Assembly: GCA_903900265.1 (NCBI GenBank)
Contig: CAIUMM010000075.1
Coordinates: forward strand, 95,125 to 159,124
Direction: 5' to 3'
Source of the DNA: an uncultured Pseudomonadota bacterium
Lineage (GTDB): Bacteria; Myxococcota_A; UBA796; SXON01
Length of the DNA: 64,000 bases
The stretch's first letter is position 1, and each line of letters opens with the position of its first letter. Shown piece after piece: positions 28,768 to 38,148 of this stretch. A program made the translations under genes and the position numbers. The notes beneath the pieces are model-generated. The model saw nothing but the letters and a program-made list of their open reading frames with translations, did no database searches and had not been told where the DNA came from.

Positions 28768-29799
28768 CTACCTCGGGTAGACGCCGGCGGGGCCGGAGAA
28801 CGCCGAGCCGTCGGCGTGGGTGCCGGGGCTCTGTGCGCCGATGGAGCCGCTCACGTAGCCGTGGTGCGTGTAGGAGGTGCCGCTGACCTCGGGCGAGAGC
28901 ACCAGCGACGCGTCCGAAACGACCGCGGGGCCGCCCGCCGAGCCGAAGGGCGTCGACGCCAGCGTGGTCGTTCCATCCGCGGCGCGCAGGTTGGCGACGT
29001 CGCCGTCGTTGTTCATCGCGATCCCGTATTGCAAGCCGACGTCGTCGTTGGCGGCTACGACAAACTGGGCATTGGCGGCGGACAGCGCGGTGACCGTGCC
29101 TCCCCCGAACAGCACGATGACCTGACCCGCTTGCAGGATGGTCGGCGAAGCAAACGTGTGACGGGGCGTGTCCACTCCGGAGTCCCAGAAGGTGACGCCG
29201 CCGAGATCGACGGTGACGCCGGAAGCGTTGGCGATCTCGACGAACTCGTCGTCGACTGCGTCCGACTTCCCGTCTTTGTTGGGATCGGCGGTGGTCGCCG
29301 GGTCGATAAGCAGCTCGTTGAACACCAGATCCCCGGCTTGCAGCGCCGCGAGCGTGACGGTGAGCGGGATCGGGGCCGGATCGGGGCCGTCCTCGGGATG
29401 CACCTGAATGTTCACGGTGCCGGCGAGCAAGGGCTGTCCGATGTCGTGCGCGAAGAAGTCCAGGATCGATCGCGCAGAAGACTGGATCTCGGAGTCTGCG
29501 GTGACGTCGCTGGTCGTGCCGTCCGACCACGTGGCGGTCACGACGACGTGCACGGTTTGACGGGTGGTGATCGTAGTCGCCGCAGGAACCAATTTGGCTT
29601 CAACCGACGTGATCGTCGCGGCGGGCGCGGTGTCGTCCGTGCCGGAGTTGCTGTCGGAGTCGCTGTTCGAGTCGGAGTCGGAGCCGATCGCCGTGTCGTC
29701 CCCGGTCGGGGCGAGCGTTTGGTCGGGGCCGCAGCCGTAGAGGCTGACAAGCAGGGGTGCAAACGTGCAAAGGACGAGGCGGGTCGAGATGTGCGACAT
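28768..29799 (-). CDS. Lipoprotein with lamin-tail-domain (LTD)-like module
   Basis: Trimmed to MSHISTRLVLCTFAPLLVSLYGC (lipobox). Contains a Ser/Asp-rich linker (DSDSNSDSDSNSG) and an LTD-like core DLVFNELLIDP...DEFVEIANASGVTVDLGGVTFWD. Confidence 0.7.
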   Translation of the reverse strand: MSHISTRLVLCTFAPLLVSLYGCGPDQTLAPTGDDTAIGSDSDSNSDSDSNSGTDDTAPAATITSVEAKLVPAATTITTRQTVHVVVTATWSDGTTSDVTADSEIQSSARSILDFFAHDIGQPLLAGTVNIQVHPEDGPDPAPIPLTVTLAALQAGDLVFNELLIDPATTADPNKDGKSDAVDDEFVEIANASGVTVDLGGVTFWDSGVDTPRHTFASPTILQAGQVIVLFGGGTVTALSAANAQFVVAANDDVGLQYGIAMNNDGDVANLRAADGTTTLASTPFGSAGGPAVVSDASLVLSPEVSGTSYTHHGYVSGSIGAQSPGTHADGSAFSGPAGVYPR

Positions 29800-29914
29800 G
29801 CGAGGGCTCCGATCTGGGCGGCGGATATCCGAACTGCGCCCGTTCGCCACCCTTTGTCCGCGGCATGTGGGAAACCTGTAGGAAACCGGGTGCGCTACGG
29901 GCTACGTGCGGCAG

Positions 29915-32521
29915 ATGCCGAAGAAGCTCCTCCTCGTTGACGCTCCCTACCACGCCTTCCGCGCCTACCATGGCATCCAGTCCGACATGCGCGCGCCCGA
30001 CGGGTTTCCCACCCGCGCGCTCTTCGGCTTTGCCCGCGTGCTCCTCGCGATGCTGCGCGACGAGAAGCCCGACTACATCGCGCTGGTGTTCGACGTCGGC
30101 GACTCCTTTCGCAATGAGCTCTTGCCCGACTACAAGGGGCAGCGGCCCGACATGCCGGCGGATCTACGCGAGCAGTGGGGCGAGCTCGCGCCGCTCGCCG
30201 AGGCCTTCGGTTTTGTGGTCATCGCGATGCCCGGCACCGAAGCGGATGACGTCATCGGCACGCTCGCTGTGCGCTTTGGAAGCCCCGAAGTCGACGTGCT
30301 GATCGTGTCCGGCGACAAAGACTTCGGGCAGCTGGTCAACGATCACATCCACATCTACGACCCGATCAAGAAGCTGGAGTCGGGGCCCGCGGAGGTTCGC
30401 GAGCGCTGGGGTGTAGGCCCGGAGCGGATCATCGACCTGTTGTCGCTGATGGGCGACACCGTCGACAACGTGCCCGGCGTCCCTGGCGTCGGCGAAAAGA
30501 AAGCCGCGCAGTTCATCAACGCCTACGGAGACGTGGAGTCGGTGCTCGCGAGCTGGGAGAAGATCGGCGGTAAAACCGGACAGTCAGTGCGGGACAGCGC
30601 GGAGATCGTGCGGCTCGCCAAGGTGCTGGTCACCATCGACGTCAACCAGCCGGTGCCGCACGCGCTCGAAGACCTAAAGCTGCAACCGCGCAACGACGCG
30701 GAGCTCGCGGCGCGATTGACCCGGTACAACTTCCGGTCGATGATGGCGGAATTGAAGCTCGATCCGGGATCGGTGGCCGTGAACCCGGTCGCCAGTCGGA
30801 TGGAGGCGGTGGCGACGGTCGCCGCCCGAACGGTGTGGGGCCCGGGGCCGTTGCAGGCGCTCACCGCCGATCTGCGCGGCGTCGGTCGCGTGGTCGTCGC
30901 GGTGGAGGATGGGCTCGAAAAGCAAGCGCGCGCCGTGCTCGCTTGGGATCAGGGCGGGGAGCGGCTCGCGGTGGTGCCGCTGGATGACGCCGGGCGGGTG
31001 TGGCTGCGGGATTTGCTCGCCGATCCGACGGTCCCGAAGACCGGGTACGACGTGAAGGCGCTCGCCCATGCGCTCGCGACCGGAGGTGCGGGGACAGGCG
31101 CTACGCTCGCCGGGCTCGTCGGGGACGTCAAGCTCGCCGACTACCTGCGCGTGCCGGAGGTCCCTCGTAGCCTCGCGGACATCTACAAGCGGTGGTTTGA
31201 CGCGGCGATGCCTTCGAATGATGGCGCGGGTGCTGCGGCGCTCGCGACGTTGAGGCTCGATCGCCTGTTGGAGCAGGAGGTTGAAAAATGGCAGGTCGAG
31301 CGTGTGTACCGCGAGATTGACCTGCCCGTGCTCAGCGTGCTGTCGCGGATGGAGGACAACGGCATTTTGTTGGACACCGACGCGCTTGGCAAGCTGAGCG
31401 CCGAGCTGAACGGGCGCCTCGAGGTGCAGATCAAGGAGATCCACGCGCTCGCGGGCGGCCCGTTCAACCTCAATTCCACGCATCAGCTCGCGCAGATTTT
31501 GTTCGACAAGCTCGGATTGAAGGGCGGAAAGAAGACCAAGACCGGCTGGTCGACGGACGCCGACACCCTCGACAAGCTTCGCGAAGAGCACCCGCTCCCC
31601 GGCGCGATCCTGAACTACCGCGAGCTGTACAAGTTGGTGCACACCTACATCGACACCTTGCCGAAATTCGTCGCCGCAGACGGTCGGATTCACACGACCT
31701 TTGACCCTACGGTCGCGGCGACTGGGCGCCTGTCTTCGAGTGACCCGAACCTGCAGAACATCCCGGTGCGCTCGGAGGAGGGCCGTCGCGTGCGGGACTG
31801 CTTCGTCGCGGCGCCGGGGCACGTGTTCTTGTCCGCAGACTATTCACAGATCGAGCTGCGTTTGTTGGCGCACTACTGCCAGACCGGGCCGCTGGTGGAG
31901 AGCTTCTTGAACGGCGAGGACATCCATCGCCGCACTGCGTCGGAGATCTTCGACATCGCCCAGGCGCTGGTCAGCAACGAGCAACGGCGCGCCGCCAAGG
32001 CGATCAACTTCGGGATCGTGTACGGCATGGGCGCCACGCGGCTCGCCAATGACCTGCGCATCAAGCGCACCGAGGCCCAGCGCTACATCGACGGGTACTT
32101 TGCGCGCTATCCGCAGGTGCGCCTGACCATGGAGGCCGCGTGCGCCCGCGCCCGTGAAAATGGCTTCGCGACCACCTTGTATGGACGTCGTCGCGCGGTG
32201 GAGGGCCTCGATGCCGCCAACCCCATGGACCGATCTGCGGCGGAGCGCATCGCGATCAACACGCCGATCCAAGGCAGCGCCGCCGACCTGATCAAGCTCG
32301 CGATGCTCGCGGTGGACAAAGCCATCGTCGGGACGTCGGCCAAGCTGCTGTTGCAGGTGCACGACGAGCTCGTGCTCGAGGTGCCCGAAGGCGAGGTGGA
32401 GGACGTGCGCACCCGCGTTCGGGCCGCGATGGAGGGCGTTCGGACCTTTGACGGCGCGACGCTGCGGGTGCCGTTGCTGGCGGAGACCGGGGTCTCGCGC
32501 ACCTGGGGCGGCGCGCACTGA
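29915..32521 (+). CDS. polA: DNA polymerase I
   Basis: 5' nuclease domain (LLLVDAPYHAFRAY..), polymerase motif A (LSADYSQIELRLLAH), motif B (RRAAKAINFGIVYGM) and motif C (QVHDELVLE). ATG 29915 is preferred; the track uses GTG 29906. Confidence 0.95.
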   Translation: MPKKLLLVDAPYHAFRAYHGIQSDMRAPDGFPTRALFGFARVLLAMLRDEKPDYIALVFDVGDSFRNELLPDYKGQRPDMPADLREQWGELAPLAEAFGFVVIAMPGTEADDVIGTLAVRFGSPEVDVLIVSGDKDFGQLVNDHIHIYDPIKKLESGPAEVRERWGVGPERIIDLLSLMGDTVDNVPGVPGVGEKKAAQFINAYGDVESVLASWEKIGGKTGQSVRDSAEIVRLAKVLVTIDVNQPVPHALEDLKLQPRNDAELAARLTRYNFRSMMAELKLDPGSVAVNPVASRMEAVATVAARTVWGPGPLQALTADLRGVGRVVVAVEDGLEKQARAVLAWDQGGERLAVVPLDDAGRVWLRDLLADPTVPKTGYDVKALAHALATGGAGTGATLAGLVGDVKLADYLRVPEVPRSLADIYKRWFDAAMPSNDGAGAAALATLRLDRLLEQEVEKWQVERVYREIDLPVLSVLSRMEDNGILLDTDALGKLSAELNGRLEVQIKEIHALAGGPFNLNSTHQLAQILFDKLGLKGGKKTKTGWSTDADTLDKLREEHPLPGAILNYRELYKLVHTYIDTLPKFVAADGRIHTTFDPTVAATGRLSSSDPNLQNIPVRSEEGRRVRDCFVAAPGHVFLSADYSQIELRLLAHYCQTGPLVESFLNGEDIHRRTASEIFDIAQALVSNEQRRAAKAINFGIVYGMGATRLANDLRIKRTEAQRYIDGYFARYPQVRLTMEAACARARENGFATTLYGRRRAVEGLDAANPMDRSAAERIAINTPIQGSAADLIKLAMLAVDKAIVGTSAKLLLQVHDELVLEVPEGEVEDVRTRVRAAMEGVRTFDGATLRVPLLAETGVSRTWGGAH

Positions 32522-32553
32522 GCGTTAGGGCTCGGGCGGAGATCCGCTTGGGA

Positions 32554-33075
32554 TCAGCTTGGGATCAGGCTGTACACGGTGGCGTCGCGTGGAGACCCGC
32601 GCAGCGTCAGTCGGTTTCGCGCTACGCCCTCACGCAGCGCGCCGATCCGCGCGGCGGTGCGCTCGCTGGCTTCGTTTCCGACCATGACGACGATCTCGAT
32701 GCGAAACAGGGTGTGCATCCGAAACGCCCATTCGACGACCGCGCGTCCCGCCTCCGCCGCGTAGCCGTGTCCGACCTCGCTGGTGCGAATCCAGTATCCA
32801 AGGTTTGCGCTGCGCAGTCGCCAATCCACCTGATCGATGCCGCAGCCTCCCAGATACGTCGAGCCTGCAAAAACCCCAAATTGGAACTCGCGCCCCAGCG
32901 ACCACATCTCCCGCGCGTAGCCCATCCACGCTTCGGAGTCGTCTTGGTCGTACGCCGGGTGTGCCCAACCCATCCACGGGAGCAGCTGGGGGAGTGACTC
33001 GGCTACGGCCTCGGTCATCAACGCCGCGTCATCGGTGGTCAGCGGGCGCAACTGCAAGCGGCTGGTCTGGATCAT
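32554..33075 (-). CDS. GNAT family N-acetyltransferase (RimJ/RimL-like)
   Basis: ..RLQLRPLTTDDA.. start, and ..GYWIRTSEVGHGYAAEAGRAVVEWAF.. acetyl-CoA binding region. Confidence 0.85.
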   Translation of the reverse strand: MIQTSRLQLRPLTTDDAALMTEAVAESLPQLLPWMGWAHPAYDQDDSEAWMGYAREMWSLGREFQFGVFAGSTYLGGCGIDQVDWRLRSANLGYWIRTSEVGHGYAAEAGRAVVEWAFRMHTLFRIEIVVMVGNEASERTAARIGALREGVARNRLTLRGSPRDATVYSLIPS

Positions 33076-33173
33076 CGCGCTGTGGGTATCCGGAAATCGT
33101 CATGGACGAACGGCGATCGGGTGGGTAAAGCGTGCCCTGCCATGGTGGCGATTATCGTTCTTTTGGAGCTCCG

Positions 33174-33473
33174 ATGATTTTGATCCTCTCTTTGTTTGCG
33201 TGCGGTTCTGCGGACTACTCGGGCGGCGACGCCACGGCCGGCGCCGAAGTGTACGCTTCCACCTGCGAGAGCTGCCACGGCGCGGACGGCATGCTCGGCG
33301 TTGAGGTCAACGGCGTCGCCGCCGCCGACCTGACCTTCGAGACCAACGACCTCTCCGATGACGGCATCGCCGACGCGATCCTCAACGGCGTCGGCGAGAT
33401 GCCGGCCCAGGCGCTCGATGACACCCAGACCGCCGATTGCATCGCCTACATGCGGGCGACGTTCGGCAGCTGA
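33174..33473 (+). CDS. Class I c-type cytochrome (lipoprotein)
   Basis: LFAC lipobox, heme motif CESCHG, distal GEMP Met. GGAG lies 5-9 nt upstream of ATG 33174. Confidence 0.8.
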   Translation: MILILSLFACGSADYSGGDATAGAEVYASTCESCHGADGMLGVEVNGVAAADLTFETNDLSDDGIADAILNGVGEMPAQALDDTQTADCIAYMRATFGS

Positions 33474-33484
33474 TCGGGAGCGGT

Positions 33485-33823
33485 GTGGTGTGGAAGACCG
33501 TAGCCCTGCTGTTCCTCTCCAACGTCTTCATGACGTTCGCATGGTACGGTCACCTCTCTACGTTGCGCGACAAGCCCGTTTGGATCGCGATCCTTCTCAG
33601 CTGGGGGATCGCGTTCTTTGAGTATTGCTTGATGGTGCCCGCCAACCGGATGGGGGCGGACACCCTCACGCTGGGACAGCTGAAGATCCTGCAAGAGGTG
33701 ATCACCTTGACGGTGTTCGCTGCGTTTGCGGTGCTCTATGCAGGGGAGCGCTTGACGTGGAACTACGCAGGCGCCGCAGTGTGTATGTGCGGCGCTGCGT
33801 GGTTCATCTTTCGGAGCCGCTGA
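33485..33823 (+). CDS. DMT-superfamily small membrane protein (DUF486-like)
   Basis: ..LLFLSNVFMTFAWYGHL.. is typical of the DUF486 family. About 112 aa with 4 TM helices. GTG start is inferred. Confidence 0.7.
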   Translation: MVWKTVALLFLSNVFMTFAWYGHLSTLRDKPVWIAILLSWGIAFFEYCLMVPANRMGADTLTLGQLKILQEVITLTVFAAFAVLYAGERLTWNYAGAAVCMCGAAWFIFRSR

Positions 33824-33875
33824 GCCCGGCGGCTTCGCACATAGGGGCGCACCTAGGGCGCGCTCGGCCGTGCGC

Positions 33876-36026
33876 TCAGTTGCAGGCGAGCCGCCCGGCG
33901 CGCACGACGCAGCGCAGATCCGCGCCGGTCTCCGGCACTTGCACCTGCGTGGTCATCGGCACGGTGCCCTGCAGCGTCAGCGTGCAGCTTCCCGGACGGG
34001 CGTCAAATCGCGCGACGCTCTCGCCGGATCCGAGGCTGTCCGAGCCGTGCCAGCTGCCGCAGCTCAGGCCCACCTCGGCGATCGGCAGGTCGGAGTCGAG
34101 CTTGATCTTCAGCGCTACCGTGCGCGGCGTCGGAGCCACGGGCACCGGAGCCTGGCCGCACAAGGGGCTGGTCAGGCTGTCCAACCAGCTGATCTCGGCG
34201 TCCTGACCGAGCGCCGTCACCCGCTCCCGCCACGTGGTCATGGGCTGACCGCACACGTCCCCGCCCAGCGAGCGGGTCATCAGCAGGTCGGACCAGGCCA
34301 TCAGCGCACGGCCCTTCTGGAGGTTGCGGGCGTCGCTCTCCATCAACGTGCCGACGGTGGTGTGGAAGCTCTGGGTCTCAGCGGCGCCGGTGTCCGGGTC
34401 GACCCATTCGACGTTGAGCACGATCGGGTCAGAGGGCACCACGTGGCCGCCGCGGATCTTCAGGTCCTGCAAGAACAGCTGGGACGTGCCGGAGAAGTAG
34501 TTGATCGGCTGCACGTCTTCTTTGTTCGTGCTGGCTTCTTCGCCGTAGAACCGCTCCATCGCGAGGCTGGGCGGCAGGTCGACGGAGAAGTGCACGTCGC
34601 GGGCGATGGTGCGGGTCAGCGCGTCGAGACCGACGCCGAACACGCGGTCCACCACGGCTTCGGATCCGAGGTACACGTAGGCGCCGTGGCCCTTTTCGGA
34701 GAGCTGGTCGAGCACCTTGTCGTTGAAGTCGGTGCCGACGCCGACGGCGGTCAGGTTGACGCCGGCTTGCTCATAGCCGCGGCCGATCTCGGAGAGGATG
34801 TTGGGATCAATCTGGCCTTCGTTCATCAGCGCGTCGGTGATCAGCATCATGCGCTTGTTGCGCCCGGCCTCACCGGGGGCGTGCACATCCCGGCCGGTCG
34901 CGAGCGCGTAGCCTTCGTGGAGTCCGATGCCGAGGTTGGTGGACCCGCGAGGTTGAATGTGGCTTATCGCCGAGGTCAACAGGCTCATGTCGTCCCGGCC
35001 GACCACGAAGTTCTGCAGCGGCGAGCACAGCTCGTTGTCGAAGAGCACAAGATCCATGCGGTCGCCGGGCTGCAGGCTCTCGGTCATCTTCAGCAGGCCG
35101 CGGCGGAGGTAGTCCATGCGGCCCTCTGCGGCCATCGAGCCCGAGCGGTCGAGCACCAGCGTCAGGTCCAGCGGCTTGCGCGCGGGCGTGTAGCCTTTGA
35201 CCGCGAAGCTCATCGTCAGCGTGTCGGGCGCGGTCTGCGCGGCGGCGCCGAGGGCCGAGTAGACCTGGCCGGGTTTGACCTCGGCGGTGTCGAAGCCGAA
35301 GTAGTTGAGCAGCTCGTGGGGGCGGATCTCGCTCGTCTTGACCGGGCCGTGGTTTTGGATCGCCCACAGCAGGCGCTGGGCGGAGGCGAGGCTCATGCTG
35401 TCGTCGTTCGACAGGTACACGGTGGCGCCCCAGTCGGCGCTGTCATCCTGCGGCGGACGCGCTGCGGTGACGTCGGGGAGCGTCTGCATCTCGTCCATCT
35501 CTGCCCGCGCCGGCATGTCTTTCTTCGCGCTCGCTTTGGCGCTCGCTTTGGCGCTCTCTTTGGGCTTTGCTGGCGCGGATTTGGACTCTGTGGCCTTGTC
35601 GGCGGCCGGAGATTGCCGTGGGGCCGCTCCCCCTGCGAGCGCGTCTCCCGCGGTCGCCCCGCCCCGTCCAAGCGCGGCGCCTTCCATCGCGCCGCTCGAG
35701 GCCGAGGCGCCGGTAGAGGCCATCGCCGGTGCGGGCGCTGCTGCGGGCGCTGCCGCGCTGCTTGGGGCTGCGGTGACGGGCGCGGCTTTGGGTGCAGCGG
35801 CCGAGCCTACCGGGGACGGCGGAGGTACCGCGCCGCTGCGGTACCGGCGGTACTCGTTTGCGCTGGCGAAGCACTCTTGCTGCACGAGCGGCGTGGTCGG
35901 CAGGACCACCGCGGGCGTGACGCCGGGGCGCGTGGCCATGGGTTCGGGGTCGCGGTCTTTGGCCGAGACCGGGGTGCTGGTCGCGCTGAAGCCGGTGCAA
36001 GCGAGGAGGAGGAGAAGGCTGGTCAT
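33876..36026 (-). CDS. von Willebrand factor type A protein (YfbK-like) lipoprotein
   Basis: Track ORF 33876-36944 trimmed to MTSLLLLLAC (ATG 36024-36026). Has an Ala/Pro-rich linker, a vWA N-terminal-type segment (VYLSNDDSMSLASAQRLLWAI...HELLNYF) and a vWA MIDAS (LVLDRSGSM). Confidence 0.85.
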   Translation of the reverse strand: MTSLLLLLACTGFSATSTPVSAKDRDPEPMATRPGVTPAVVLPTTPLVQQECFASANEYRRYRSGAVPPPSPVGSAAAPKAAPVTAAPSSAAAPAAAPAPAMASTGASASSGAMEGAALGRGGATAGDALAGGAAPRQSPAADKATESKSAPAKPKESAKASAKASAKKDMPARAEMDEMQTLPDVTAARPPQDDSADWGATVYLSNDDSMSLASAQRLLWAIQNHGPVKTSEIRPHELLNYFGFDTAEVKPGQVYSALGAAAQTAPDTLTMSFAVKGYTPARKPLDLTLVLDRSGSMAAEGRMDYLRRGLLKMTESLQPGDRMDLVLFDNELCSPLQNFVVGRDDMSLLTSAISHIQPRGSTNLGIGLHEGYALATGRDVHAPGEAGRNKRMMLITDALMNEGQIDPNILSEIGRGYEQAGVNLTAVGVGTDFNDKVLDQLSEKGHGAYVYLGSEAVVDRVFGVGLDALTRTIARDVHFSVDLPPSLAMERFYGEEASTNKEDVQPINYFSGTSQLFLQDLKIRGGHVVPSDPIVLNVEWVDPDTGAAETQSFHTTVGTLMESDARNLQKGRALMAWSDLLMTRSLGGDVCGQPMTTWRERVTALGQDAEISWLDSLTSPLCGQAPVPVAPTPRTVALKIKLDSDLPIAEVGLSCGSWHGSDSLGSGESVARFDARPGSCTLTLQGTVPMTTQVQVPETGADLRCVVRAGRLACN

Positions 36027-36121
36027 GGGACTCCGGGGAGGTTCGCAGGCACAACGCTGCCCGAGGCTTAGTCTTACACCGGGTGGGTGAATTTGGGGGT
36101 GGGGGCGTCCCGAGCCAAGGC

Positions 36122-36844
36122 CTACCCCTTGGTGCGCACCGTGGAGCGCCCGCCGTCGACCGGCAGGATCTGCCCGGTGATCCACCCCGATTCCGGCCCG
36201 AGCAAGAACGCGGCGGCAGCCGCCATGTCCGCCGCCTGGCCGAGCCGCGGGATCGGGTGGAGCGCAGCGATGGACTTGGCCATGGCATCGTTGCTCGTGA
36301 GGGCGGCCGCGAGGGGCGTGTCCGTGAGGCTGGGCGCGATGCAATTCACACGGATTGACGGAGATAGATCGGCTGCGAGACTCCGGGTGAGTGCCTCTAC
36401 CGCGCCCTTCGCCGAGGCGATGACCACGTGGTTCGTGAACCCATGCCCCGCAGCAATCGAGGAGAACAACACCACCGACCCGCCGCCGGCTCTGAGCGCG
36501 TCGAGCGCCTCGCGCACGGCTACCACCGCGCCGACCACGTTCAGTCGGTAGGCGTCGACCAAGGCGGCGGAGTCGACGCGTCGGATCGGCTTCAACACGA
36601 TGGAGCCCACACAATAGGCGAGCCCGGAGACAGCGTCGCCGGCGGCGGCGATCGCTGCGGCGAGTTGGGTTTCGTCGACCACATCGGCTGCTGCCCAGGT
36701 GGCGCCGATCTCGTCGGCGAGGGAGGCGAGACGGCCTGCGTCGCGCGCAACGAGGTGCACAGCGCGGCCGTCGGCGACGAGCCGCCGCGCGAGCGCGGCC
36801 CCGATACCTCCTGTGCCACCAACGATTACGACGGGTCCAGGCAT
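36122..36844 (-). CDS. Short-chain dehydrogenase/reductase family protein (atypical active site)
   Basis: TGGIGAALARRL cofactor motif and ..IRVNCIAPSLTDTP... At the usual S-x12-Y-x3-K spacing the Tyr position reads Ile (FSSIAAGHGFTNHVVIASAK). Confidence 0.85.
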   Translation of the reverse strand: MPGPVVIVGGTGGIGAALARRLVADGRAVHLVARDAGRLASLADEIGATWAAADVVDETQLAAAIAAAGDAVSGLAYCVGSIVLKPIRRVDSAALVDAYRLNVVGAVVAVREALDALRAGGGSVVLFSSIAAGHGFTNHVVIASAKGAVEALTRSLAADLSPSIRVNCIAPSLTDTPLAAALTSNDAMAKSIAALHPIPRLGQAADMAAAAAFLLGPESGWITGQILPVDGGRSTVRTKG

Positions 36845-37088
36845 ACGAGCTCCATCCGATGAGGTCGTCTTTAGCGCCGGGCACGGCGCGGGGCGAGCAG
36901 CTTCCGCGCGGTGGGAGAAGCTGCATACGGCGCGGGTGGTTCACGTCAGGCGCTTCCCGCGTCAGGTTCGGCCGAGGCGACCGCGCATCGTGATTGCGTT
37001 TTCGATGCCCGCACCGACCGCATCGTGTCCAAAGCTGCGATTCCGTTCGAGCGCACCCCCCGCATCGACGCCCCTCCCGCCCCCTGCT

Positions 37089-37925
37089 ATGCCCGACACG
37101 ATGCTCGGTCTCGCCGCTCTCGCCCTATTTTGCGTGTGGTCGCGCGCGTGGGCCGACGACGTGCCCGCTCCCTCGCCGGGTCCCTCGCTGACCTCCCCGC
37201 GCTGGTCCGCCCTCCCGCCCCGCCCGGCCTTTGCGCCGCCGCTCGCCGACACGCGCTCGCCGTACAGCGTCGTGGTCGCGCACAGCGACGGCATCGACGC
37301 CACCGTCGCCGCTCGTTTCCCGCTGGTGGAGCTGGACGCAGGCGCGGTGCGCGCGCAGTTCGGTGTCTCTGCGGGGCTGTTTCTGGGCTTTCAGCCTGAC
37401 GGCCCGCTCGTGTTCGACTTTGAGACCTTCGACGGCCTGTTCTTGTTCCCGTTGGACGTCCAAGCCGGGCCGTGGTCGGCTCGCCTGACCTGGGCGCACC
37501 TCTCCGCGCACTACGGCGACGGCGTTCGAGACGACGGCGCGCTCCCGACGAACATCGGGGCCTACAGCCGCGAGTGGGCGGCGCTGACGGTGGTGCGCCA
37601 GCTTGGGCCTGCGCGCGTCTACGTGGGGGGGCGTGCGCTCCTGCACGTGATCCCCGACGAGAAGCCGCTCGCGCTTCAAGTGGGCGCCGAGGTGGAAGGG
37701 CCTTGGCGCGTGGCCCCCTATGCGGCGTTGGATCTTCAGGTCACGCAGGAGGCCGACGGCGCTCCGGAGCTGTGCGGGCAGCTCGGCGCGCGCTTGCGGA
37801 CCGGGGCGTGGCGCCTGCGCATCGCGGCTGCGATGCGGACGGGGCCCGATGACACCGGAAAGTACCGGCCCGCTCCGGAGCAGTGGGCAGGCGTGCTCTT
37901 CGGTTTCGACGCGGATGTGTTGTAG
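37089..37925 (+). CDS. Secreted/outer-membrane protein, DUF1207-like (tentative)
   Basis: Trimmed to MPDTMLGLAALALFCVWSRAWA (signal peptide). Motifs ..FAPPLADTRSPY.. and ..WAHLSAHYGDG.. resemble DUF1207 beta-barrel proteins, recalled from memory. Confidence 0.5.
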   Translation: MPDTMLGLAALALFCVWSRAWADDVPAPSPGPSLTSPRWSALPPRPAFAPPLADTRSPYSVVVAHSDGIDATVAARFPLVELDAGAVRAQFGVSAGLFLGFQPDGPLVFDFETFDGLFLFPLDVQAGPWSARLTWAHLSAHYGDGVRDDGALPTNIGAYSREWAALTVVRQLGPARVYVGGRALLHVIPDEKPLALQVGAEVEGPWRVAPYAALDLQVTQEADGAPELCGQLGARLRTGAWRLRIAAAMRTGPDDTGKYRPAPEQWAGVLFGFDADVL

Positions 37926-38034
37926 GAGCCTTTGGGCGCCCCGGCGCGTCGCGCCGTCGCGCTGCGTGCTCGCCCCGGTCGCGCTGCTGCGCGCTCCGCG
38001 CTCGCCCCGGGTCGCGCTGCGCCCCCGGCCGCTG

Positions 38035-38086
38035 CGCGGGGCTGCGCATCGCTGGCGCGGCGCGGGGCTGCGCATCGCTGGCGCGG
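38035..38086. repeat. Perfect 26-bp tandem duplication in an intergenic region
   Basis: cgcggggctgcgcatcgctggcgcgg occurs at 38035-38060 and again at 38061-38086. The 223-bp spacer 37926-38148 also contains gctcgcccc(g)ggtcgcgctgc twice. Confidence 0.9.
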
Positions 38087-38148
38087 CGCGTCGTTTCGTC
38101 TTCGACGGCCTTCGCGCCTCCCCGCGGATTTCGGGGTAGCGTGCGCGG

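Noticed and set aside
32546-32567. 11-bp tandem duplication gcttgggatca x2 between polA and the GNAT gene
   Set aside because: Very short and overlapping the GNAT stop and last codons. It is most simply a small slippage duplication with no evident function.
33870-36071. 733-aa plus-strand ORF opposite the vWA gene
   Set aside because: Shadow ORF, Arg/Gly/Ala-rich. The minus strand carries clear vWA/MIDAS motifs.
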